This document shows positions 54,164-64,000 of a stretch of 64,000 nucleotides of DNA, in pieces. Every line of letters begins with the position of its first letter. Positions within the stretch are counted from its first letter, which is position 1. A program made the translations under genes and the position numbers. Under the pieces are notes generated by a model, which was not told the DNA's origin, did not search any database, and worked only from the letters and a program-made list of their open reading frames with translations. Source of the stretch: Eledone cirrhosa (Eukaryota); contig OZ024742.1 in assembly GCA_964016885.1 (NCBI GenBank), positions 294,686,001-294,750,000 on the forward strand, written 5' to 3'.

Positions 54164-54182
54164 ACTACTACTACTACTACTA
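53995..54182. repeat. Compound (CTA)/(CCT)/(CTG) microsatellite
   Basis: Direct inspection. Confidence 0.95.
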
Positions 54183-54199
54183 AATATGATTTATTTAAG

Positions 54200-55340
54200 A
54201 TGTTTGGTGAAACCAGGGACTCCAGGCACCTCATTGTCAAGCTTGACATGAGGAATGCCTTCAACTCTTTACGCCGGGATCATCTGCTCGAGGCCTGCCT
54301 CAGCCGAGCCCCCTCTGACTACCTGCTGGCCTACCTGTCATATGGAGCCCCGAGCATGCTCCTAGCTGCTGATATGGTCATACGCTCTGTTACTGGGGTC
54401 CAACAGGGCAACCCTTTGGGACCCCTCCTGTTCGCCCTTGGTATTGACCACATCGCCCGGAGTATCACGGCCCCTCTCAACGTTTGGTATCTGGATGATA
54501 TTACATTGGGCGGGCCCATAAGGACAGTCTGCCATGACCTTCAATCGGTGGTTCCTGCCATGGCGGGAATTGGCCTCCAGGTCAACTCGGCCAAGTCAGA
54601 GGTGGTGAACGTCAGCCTCGATGCTGCGAGCTTTGCAGCCTCCATCTTGGACGTGCGGTCCATTCTCCGCCAGGTTCAGGTGACCCCCAAAGTGGATGTC
54701 CTCATCCTCGGGTCACCAATCCACCCGCCGGCCATCCACTCCACCATCAGTTCCAGACTCTCATGAGCCGACTGGGGTTGATTGACGGCCACCCAGCTCT
54801 CTTTCTGCTGAGGAACTGCTTCTCCATGCCGAAGCTCCTCTATACACTCCACAGCGCTCCATGCTACACCCAGACATCTCTCCTCGCTGACCTCGATGCT
54901 TGTATCGGACTGAGGGGGCCAAACTCCTCAAATACCGGGCGCTCTCCGACAGGTTTGTGGTCATTCCCCTGGCAGTGGAGACTTCTGGTGTCCTGGGCCC
55001 CAGGGCTACCTCCTTATTCACCACCATAGGCGCTGAGCTGGCCAGCCACAGGTGTGAGCCCCGCGAGTTGGAGTGGCTTTTCCAGTGCATCTCCCTTGCC
55101 ATCCTCCGGGGAAACACCTTCTCCATTCCGTCCACCAGGGCTGTGGGTGGGCCCCATCACGTACCAATACATTAGTTAAATACCATTCTTTCATCTGATA
55201 TATCTCTAAATTATATATTTATATATATACATGCAACTTATATATCTACACCTAGTTTATCTTAAATCTTGTAAAATAACATTGTTCTGTATAAATCTAT
55301 ATTATATAATTTAAAAAAAAAAAAACTATAAAAAAAAAAT
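54200..55340 (+). mobile_element. CRE-clade (restriction-like endonuclease) non-LTR retrotransposon, truncated and internally deleted
   Basis: RT motifs KLDMRNAFNSLRRD, GVQQGNPLGPLLF, WYLDD; RLE segment KYR..PLAVETSGVLG..LFQCISLAILRGN; AT-rich 3' UTR and poly(A). Confidence 0.85.
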
Positions 55341-55464
55341 CATCTGTAGTTGAAAAAGTAGAACTATGATGACAGTTTCATCTCATCTATCTTCTTCCAT
55401 AAACTGTTTTGTTTATCAAGAATATTCTGACATACGAAGTCTCTGTAACTGTATGGGAGTGGCA

Positions 55465-55500
<36 letters not shown>

Positions 55501-55503
<3 letters not shown>

Positions 55504-56770
55504 TCATCGTCATCATCATTTTACGTCCGCTTTTCCCTGCTTGCAAGGGTGGGACGGGTCCTATTCAACACAGCATCTCTCCACTTGTCACGGTCCTTCA
55601 TCATCTCCTCTGTGAGCTTCAGCGATCTGAGGTCTGCTCTCACCACCTCCACCCATGTTTTTCATGGTCTTCTTCTACTGTGTCTTCCTTCTACTGGCAT
55701 TTCTTGGCACTTCTTTACCCAGCGGTTATCCTCCATGTGCATCACATGTCCATACCATCGCAGTCTTCTCTCCCGCACACTACAACTTATCCCTCTTATA
55801 CACAGTTTCTCTCTCAACTCATCTATGCTTGGTCATTCATGCACATTGACATTGCACATCCAATGGAGCATGCTTGCTTCATTTCTTTCCAGCTGTCGCA
55901 TATCCTCTGCAGGTGCTGCCCATGTCTCACTACCATGCAGCATCGCGCATCTCACACAGGCATCATATAACCGGCCTTTCGTATGCAGGGAGAAACCCTT
56001 TTTTGTCAACAGAAGATGCAGCTCCCTAAACTTCTTCCAACCCATCCTTATTCTAGATACTATGGCCTCGGAACACCTCCCTCCTATGCTAATCTGATTA
56101 CATAGGTACTGGAAGCTATCAACCACTTCTATAGAACCCACCTGCATTTGAAAAATCTGTCTATCACTGCGACTTCTACTATCAAATTTCCTTGTACATC
56201 TACTGCATACATAGTTTTCCCTACCTGTTAGTTTGCCTGCTATCCCACTACATCTCTTGTGTACCCAAGATCTGCATTATGTACATTTTATAGAATTTAT
56301 GTCAGTTCCTTTTCTGCATATCAAACATGGCCATTTCCTTGATGGAATCAGAGTTTTGTCCTCTTTTATACTGATCAACACTTTTGTCTTAGCTATGTTC
56401 ACTCTCAGTCCTCTTGATTCCAACTGCTGTTTCCATAGCCAGAATTTATTCTCTAGCTACTCTACTGATTCTGCTATAAGAACCAGATCGTCAGCATAGA
56501 AAAGTTCCGATGGGCAGCCAGTCTTAAACTTCTCTGTTATGGCTTGGAGGACTATAATGAACAGGAGCGGGCTGAGGACTGAACCCTGATGTACTTCTAT
56601 TTGTATCTGGAATTCCTCACTAAACTCCATTCCTACTTTCACTTTACTGACAGCACCTTTGTACATAGCTTGCACTGTCCTCACAAGCCATTCCTCTACA
56701 CCTATTTTCCTTAGGGACCACCAGATGACAGATCGGGGTACCCTATCAAAGGCCTTCTCTAGGTCAACAA
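55501..56770 (-). mobile_element. RTE subfamily 2 RT fragment with 3' end
   Basis: FVDLEKAFDRVPR, HQGSVLSP, YADD; stops present. Confidence 0.92.
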
Positions 56771-56799
56771 ATATATATGTATGTGTGGTGTGTGTATAC

Positions 56800-57218
56800 A
56801 CAAAGTTAACCTACAGTCAGGAGGCCCCCCCCCTCCAAACCAAACATACACCCCAACACACTAGCCCTACTCCATCCTCCGACTCCCACCAACACCACCC
56901 TTTCTCTATAAAGTTATGTTGGTACTACAACATCCAGTCCAAACTAATGAGGTTGTGTAGGTGTCACAAAAAAAAAACACACAGTCCATGCTGTTATGTG
57001 GTTGTGTAGGTAACATGGTAAAAAGCTCCCAGTCCACGCTGTAAATGTGGTTGGTGTTAGGAAAGGCATACAGCCGTAGAAAACCTGCCAGATAATCCTG
57101 AGCAAGACACGGTCACCTGACCAATCTTGCATCAAGTAGGACAACTCCCGTCTAACCCATGCTAGTGTGGAAGATAGATGTTAAATGATGAGGATGATGA
57201 TGATGATATATATATATG

Positions 57219-57297
<79 letters not shown>

Positions 57298-57346
57298 GTG
57301 TATATATGTGTATATATGTATATATATATATATGTATATATATATG

Positions 57347-57388
<42 letters not shown>

Positions 57389-57727
57389 TATATATATGTA
57401 TATATATATGTATATATGTATGTATATATATATGTATATATATATATGTATATATATATCCATATATATATATATATATAGGTCGTGTAGGTGTCACGAC
57501 AAAAAAACACACAGTCCACGCTGTAATGTGGCCATGTAGGCAACACGGTAAAAACCTCCCAGTTCCACACTGTAAATGTGGTTGGTGTTAGGAAGGTGTT
57601 AGGAAGGGCATCCAGACAGTCCTATGCAAGCAAGACAACCACTCTTGCCTCAAGTGGGAAAACCCCTGTCCAAACCCATGCAAGCGTGGAATATGGACGT
57701 TAAACGATGATGATGATGATGATGATG
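56800..57727 (+). mobile_element. Two RTE 3' UTR fragments separated by a (TA)n/(TATG)n tract (57206-57480)
   Basis: Tail homology and (GAT)n ends. Confidence 0.82.
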
Positions 57728-57900
57728 TATATATGTGTATAAGTGTATACACATATATACATATATACATATATATATATGTGTATATATGTGTATATGT
57801 GTATACACATATATACATATATATATATATATATATACATATACACACATACATATACACAGACATACACACACACACATATATATATATTGTCTAAAGG

Positions 57901-57940
<40 letters not shown>

Positions 57941-57944
<4 letters not shown>

Positions 57945-58711
57945 ATAATAATAAATTTGAAGACTAAAATCCAAAGAGGGCTCGATAAAGATAAATATAT
58001 ATCAAATATATAAGAACCGTAGAGCAAATATTTATTAAAATAACAGATTAAAGTTTAAGCAAAGAATCGCTGCTTTCACCCTTAACAAGATCTTCTGAAA
58101 CATGCATGCGGGTACAGGCGTTGCGTGGGTTCTGTATGTGCGTGTGTGTATTTGTATACATATGGCGAGTGTTTTCGCGTATGCTTGTGTATGTACGTAT
58201 ATGGATGCACGTATGTATTTATTTAATTTCAATTACCTCTGTATTGTATTTTATTTACTTTATTCTTAACTCTGAAGCCGAGAATCATTCGGTTTCCTAG
58301 TTATAATTTTAGTCTACGACTTCAGTTATACCATTTACGTGGTTTTGTCTTTGCGTGCAATTGTTCTCCCCACTCCACATATGACGTATTATCTTCGTTT
58401 TTTCAGTTCATGAACCACCTAATAGAATATTAGCCTACGACTTCTTTTATACCATAGATGTGGATTTGTCTTTGCGTGTAATTGTTTTTCACCGCTTCTA
58501 TTAATGACGTATCTTATTCGTTTTTTCCCGTTCTTTGCCAGGGAACGTTTCCACGAACCAAAGTATCGTCTTCCTGTCTTCCTCCGGTTGCAACGTCTTT
58601 TGAAATATTCACTTCTGCGTTCACAGATTGACTTTGTTAGTTTCAGACGATCCCGTTAAGGGTGAAAGCAGCAATTCTTTGCTTAAACTTTAATCTGTTA
58701 TTTTAATAAAT
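57941..58711. mobile_element. pLTR-like element: inverted short copy (57941-58101) joined head-to-head to a long copy (58102-58711) with a hammerhead variant at 58639-58689
   Basis: Same family as 39.2-39.6 kb; (TA)n on both sides; internal duplication with ~120-bp period. Confidence 0.75.
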
Positions 58712-58809
58712 ATATATATATATATATATATATATGCGGATGGTCTCACACTTATAGCTGAATCTATGGTGGGACTAAAGTGGTCGTGTAGGCGCCATGG
58801 TAAAAAAAG

Positions 58810-59110
58810 CAATCGAAAGGTTGTGAGTTCAATTCTCAGGCCAGGTCATGTGTTGTTTCCTTGAGCAAGACACTTTATTTCACATTGTTCCAGTTTACTC
58901 AGCTGTAGAAATGAGATGATAGGACTGGGGTCCCTATCATTCCACTGCAAAGTGGTCGTGGAGGTGCCACAGCAAAAAAGCACCCAGCACTCACTGTAAA
59001 TGAGGTTGGTGTTAGGAAGGGCATCCAGCTGTAGAAATCAAGCAAGAATCAGTTCCCGTATGAGCAAGACAAGGTCAGCTGACCAGACACTGCCCACAAC
59101 AGGACAACCC
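58810..59110 (+). mobile_element. tRNA-head/RTE-tail SINE, 5'-clipped
   Basis: Homologous to 20987-21433. Confidence 0.8.
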
Positions 59111-59394
59111 ATCCTTTAGAAAACTGGAGCAGACATCTTACAGCCCACACTGTACAGTGGTCATGTAGTTGTCATGACAAAAAGCACCCAACACTCACTG
59201 TAAATGTGGCCGTAGAAAACAAGCCAAAATCAGTTCTGTGTGAGTGAAACATAGTGCTTCAGTTTGGATCTCTGACAACGGGACTGCCCATCCTACCCAT
59301 GCTAGCGTGGACAATGGATGTTAAACGATGATGATGATGATGATTTTCAAAATATGTATTATTATTCAAGTACTATCATAATGAGTTTCATTGT

Positions 59395-60016
59395 CTTTAA
59401 GGCTGTACTTGAATATGGTGCGGCCACACTTAGAATTTGCATCACCAGTCTGGAACCCCTATCTTGCTCAGAACATTGAGCGCCTGGAAACTGTTCAGAG
59501 ACGTGAAACCAAGCGAATACCCTCCATCAGGCATCTACCATACTCTGAACGCCTTGCTTCCCTGGCCATGGATACATTGAAGCTCCAACGCCTGGCAACT
59601 GACTTGGTAAACGTCCACAAAATTGTTAATCATCTTGCCAACAACAACCCTGAGTACCTTTTTGATTTCCATGTGTCTAACACACGTGGTCATGTCCACA
59701 GAGTCAGAAAACAGTACAGTTCCCATGACTTTCGGAAACATTTTTTCACGCTCAGAGTTGCTGAAGCATGGAACAAACTACCTGCATCAGTTGTTAGCTG
59801 TCGAGACTCTGCATCCTTTAAAACCTCCATAGTTCCCGAGATTCGCCAACACTACACCTAATGTTCCCCCTCCACACACATGCACACATGTATATCATGA
59901 CTCATTACACTGTTCACTTTCCTGACATGTGTACATTATTCTATGTACTATACATGCACCTTTGATGAGTTGTAGTGCACCTGAGCACTTTACACAATGA
60001 TTTCATTATTATTATA
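59395..60016 (+). mobile_element. CR1-clade LINE 3' fragment
   Basis: VRPHLEFASPVWNPY...; same 3' UTR and (ATT)n tail as the 49.2-kb copy. Confidence 0.92.
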
Positions 60017-60159
60017 ATGAAACCGTGAAACAGAAGTATAAAAACACGTAAATAAATAATTTTTATAGGGTAAACAATACTTTCTTTTTAGGATTATACA
60101 TCACAAATTCACCTCGTGGACGAGAATGCGAGCACTCCTCTTTGTTTCGACCGCGGACG

Positions 60160-63100
60160 GCTAACATAACCCCATCTCCCCCCGCCCCCACCCTCCAAAC
60201 GCAATCCAAAACTTCAGAGTTGGTACCATAAATGTAGGCACCCTAAAGGGTCGCGCTAACGAGGTTGTAGAAATGCTTGAATGTAAGGAGGTCCATGTTT
60301 GTTGTATCCAAGAGACCAGGTGGAGGGGTGGGTCTGCTAGATTCATTGAGGGTAAAAAACGATGTTATAAGCTTTTCTGGGTGGGAAACGACGATGGGCT
60401 GGGTGGAGTAGGAATCATGGTAGCAGAAAAGTGGGCAGATAAGATAATAGACGTAAATAGAGTGAACGACAGAATAATTAAAATATGACTTGTCCTCAAT
60501 AGAACTACGGTGACAGTAATATCTGCGTTCGCACCCCAATCCGGACTGCCCGGCACTATAAAAGACAGATTCTATGAGACACTGATGCTAACTACCTCCC
60601 AAATATCCGACAGTGACTATATAATTATTGCAGGCGACCTAAATGGTCACGTTGGACAACATTGTGACGGCTACGACGAAATCCATGGAGGCTATGGGTT
60701 TGGTACTAGAAATGAGGAAGGCTCCAGAATCCTGGAATTCTGTGATGCAAATAACCTAACTATCTGTAACACTAACTTCAAAAAACGTGACAATCACCTG
60801 ATCACCTATAGATCCGGGGAACACACAAGCCAGGTAGATTATATCCTTACCAGAAGACGTGACAGAGTGTCTGTTGTAAACACTAAATCCCTCCCCCATG
60901 AAGAATGCACCTCCCAACATAGACTGATAATTAGCGACCTCATAGTCAGGACGAGACGTACTCGACAGCAGAAGAGGACTATCCTCAGGAGAAAAATATG
61001 GAAGCTAAAGGACCCCACAGCCAGAAATAAATTTCAAAGCATATTACTTGATGCTTTCGACAGTAAGGAAGAACATTTAGAGTCGGACAATATAGAGGGA
61101 CAGTGGGAATTTCTGAAAGCAAACCTGCTGATGGCGACAGACGAAGTCTGTGGCTGGAGCAGGCCCGTAGGCAGGAGGAGAGTAACATGGTGGTGGAACA
61201 GTAAGGTGGAGGGGTCAATTAAGGCCAAAAAGCAGGCTTGGAAAGTATGGCAGGATGGGGGAAGTAGAGAAGACTATCAAGTGGCCAGGAGGGAAGCTAG
61301 GAGACAAGTGTACTTAGCAAGAAGGGAAGCAGAGGAAAGAAAGTTCAAGCATGTTCTACAACGCGAGGACCAAAAACGTGAGGTGTTCAGGATTGCTAGG
61401 CAATGCGTCAAGGAAAACCGTGATATTGTCGGGGAGAAGTGTGTACTTAACGATGATGGCATACTTGCCATCACCGACGCTGATAAGAAGGTAGCTTGGA
61501 AGTGTCACTATGAAAGGCTACTAAATGAGGAGAATAAATGGGAGAAAGACAGTCTCCCCCATATCGACCCAATAGAGGGACCAGCAGTGTTAGTCGAGGG
61601 GAGTATAATAAGTAAGGCAATCAAGGATATGAAGACGGGTAAGGCGGCTGGGCCTTCGGAAATAGTTGCTGAGATGCTGAAGGCATCTGGCACGGTGGGA
61701 CACACCATGGTCACCCGCATAGTTAACCAAGTCGTACAGAATGGGGTTGTTCCGAAGGACTGGCATAGCAGCATCATCGTTAACTGTTATAAGGGTAAAG
61801 GAGACGCCCTAGATAGGAGTAACTATAGAGGCATTAAATTAATCGACCAGGTCATGAAGGTCACGGAAAAAGTAATAGCGCAACTAATCAGAGAGAGAAT
61901 TGACCTAGATGAAATGCAGTTCGGGTTTGTGTCAGGCAAAAGTACCACAGACGCTCTTTTCATTGTACGACAACTACAGGAGAAGTACCTAGCTAAAGGT
62001 AAACCCCTCTACTTAGCTTTTGTCGACTTGGAGAAAGCCTTCAACAGAGTCCCCCGCTCCATTATCTGGTGGGCTCTTAGAAAACTAGGTGTTGACGAAT
62101 GGCTTGTGAGGGCTATACAAGCCATGTATAAAGAAACAGTCAGCAAGGTTAGAATTAACAACGAATATAGTGAAGAGTTTAGCGTAAAAGTTGGCGTCCA
62201 TCAGGGCTCTGTTCTCAGCCCCCTACTATTTATTATTGCCCTTCAGGCTATAACAGAGGAGTTCAAGACCGGCTGCCCATGGGAACTCCTATACGCAGAC
62301 GACCTGACACTCATAGCGGAATCAATGGCCGAGCTAGAGAAGAAATTCCAAACATGGAAGCACGGCCTAGAATCAAAAGGACTTAAAATTAACCTGGCTA
62401 AGACTAAAGTTCTAGTTTGTAGGAAAGAAAATAAGGCGGCGGTCCCTTCTGGGAAATGGTCGTGCTCGGTGTGTAGGAAAGGCGTAGGTAGAAACTCCAT
62501 TTTGTGTCCTAAATGCAAAGTATGGGTGCATAAAAGATGTAGTGGGATCACAGGTAAGCTAACTAAGAACATAGATTTTACATGTGGCCGGTGCTCTGGT
62601 GCAATAAGTAGCAGCAAGTGCCCAAAAAATACTAGCTCTTTCAATTGCGCAGATGGTTCTATAGAAATAGTGGACAGCTTCCGTTACCTGGGTGATAAAA
62701 TCAGCAGTGGGGGAGGGTGCTCTGAAAGTACAGTAGCTAGAGTCAGAACTGGTTGGAAAAAGTTCAGAGAGCTTATACCACTATTAGCTGCTAAAGGGTT
62801 CTCCCTAAAAATGAAAGGCAGGTTGTACGATGCCTGCATACGAACAGCAATGTTGCATGGCAGTGAGACCTGGGCATTGTGTGCAGAGGATATACGCAGA
62901 CTAGAGAGGAACGAAGCTTGCATGCTCCGCTGGATGTGTAACAGTAATATACGTGAACGGCAAAGCATAAACGAACTAAGGAAAAAATTAGAAATAAGAG
63001 GGATCAGATGTTGTTTACTCGAGAGAAGGCTACGTTGGTATGGACACGTGATGCGCATGAAAGTCGATAGCTGTATAACAAAGTGCAGGGCAATAAAGAT

Positions 63101-63629
63101 AGACGGTAGCCACGGAATAGGCAGACCTAGAAAAACCTGGGACGAGCTGATAAACTCCGACCTCACACACTTACACCTCTCCAAGACAATGTCACTGGAC
63201 TGAGACCTTTGGCGGTACTCAGTAACAGAGAAGACCCGCCTTACCTAAATACATAGTAAAACCTACTACAGCCAGTAGGCATCTCTAACAAAATACCCCC
63301 CCCCCCCATCCACACCACCCCGTTCTATGTAAAGTTATGTTGGTGCCGCGTCATCCAGGCCAAAACATATGAGATCGTGTAGGTGTCACGACAAAAAAAC
63401 ACACAGTCCACGCTGTAATGTGGCCGTGTAGGCAACACGGTAAAAACCTCCCAGACCCACACTGTAAATGTGGTTGGTGTTAGGAAGGGCATCCAACTGT
63501 AGAAAACCTGCCAGACAGTCCTATGCGAGCAAGACAATCACTCTTGCCTCAAGTGGGACTACCCCCGTCCAAACCCATGCAAGCGTGGAACACGGACGTT
63601 AAACGTTGATGATGATGATGATGATGATG
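60160..63629 (+). mobile_element. Near full-length RTE LINE
   Basis: APE endonuclease, RT, 3' UTR and (GAT)n tail. Confidence 0.95.
60210..63248 (+). pseudogene. RTE ORF (APE endonuclease, RT with PHD-like insert); two premature TGA codons
   Basis: One frame from NFRVGTINVGTL/CIQETRW through YADD to KTRLT*; TGA at 60486 (AGA in the 53.5-kb copy) and at 63201 (CGA in other copies). Confidence 0.92.
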
Positions 63630-64000
63630 TTGTAAACATATATCTCCTAATAACATTCATAGTTGTGGCTGCTTTGTTTTAGAAATTCCTTTGCTGACAG
63701 TCAGTAAAAATCTTTCTTTGTTACATTAGGTTAAACCGTTTTAGTGAGTTAGAGAAGAACAAAATATAGTAGCTATTTCTATAGCTTAAGTATTTTGCTA
63801 TTTTGTATACCAAGTAACACACCAAAAAACCTCTTCAGCATAATTAGCAAGATTATCTTAACTATTAACGTCCTGCACCACATGAAACCACATTAGCATG
63901 GCACTCTTTAAAAGTACAAAACACCACTATGGCTGCCTCACATTAGATATTAAAGTCTTTACTTTAATATTGTAAATTTTCACAACAATTTGTCTGCTAT

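Noticed and set aside
53984-54766. 260-aa ORF as a host gene with a low-complexity N-terminus
   Set aside because: Chance in-frame fusion of a microsatellite to a truncated CRE RT
57152-58027. (YI)n-rich ORFs here and at 21951-22270 and 40149-40543
   Set aside because: Translations of (TA)n/(TG)n microsatellites
60985-63184. Antisense ORFs over RTE copies (also at 26.7-28.6 and 51.2-53.1 kb)
   Set aside because: Shadow frames of the RT/endonuclease ORF; they recur only because the element recurs

Overview
AT-rich, repeat-saturated animal genomic DNA, not prokaryotic. An octopod cephalopod is inferred from the (GAT)n-tailed RTE LINEs, Meta-domain SINEs and dense (TA)n microsatellites. Most of the window is transposable-element debris: three long RTE LINE copies (one about two nonsense mutations from intact, with a PHD-like finger inside the RT), plus CR1 and CRE LINE fragments. 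There is also a hAT/Charlie and a Chapaev3 DNA transposon, each with TIRs and TSDs, several MITE families and two tRNA-derived SINE families. Host-gene signal is limited to isolated candidate exons: a plus-strand discoidin-like exon at 20.2 kb and minus-strand 5' exons at 44.2, 30.3 and 10.0 kb. The most interesting signal is a set of at least five unrelated, non-coding elements, mostly embedded in (TA)n, that each carry a type I hammerhead-ribozyme fold. Several sit in fold-back palindromes whose inversion point lies at or just upstream of the ribozyme, as expected for Penelope-like pLTR or retrozyme-like elements. All coordinates were read by eye; boundaries of degenerate repeats are approximate.
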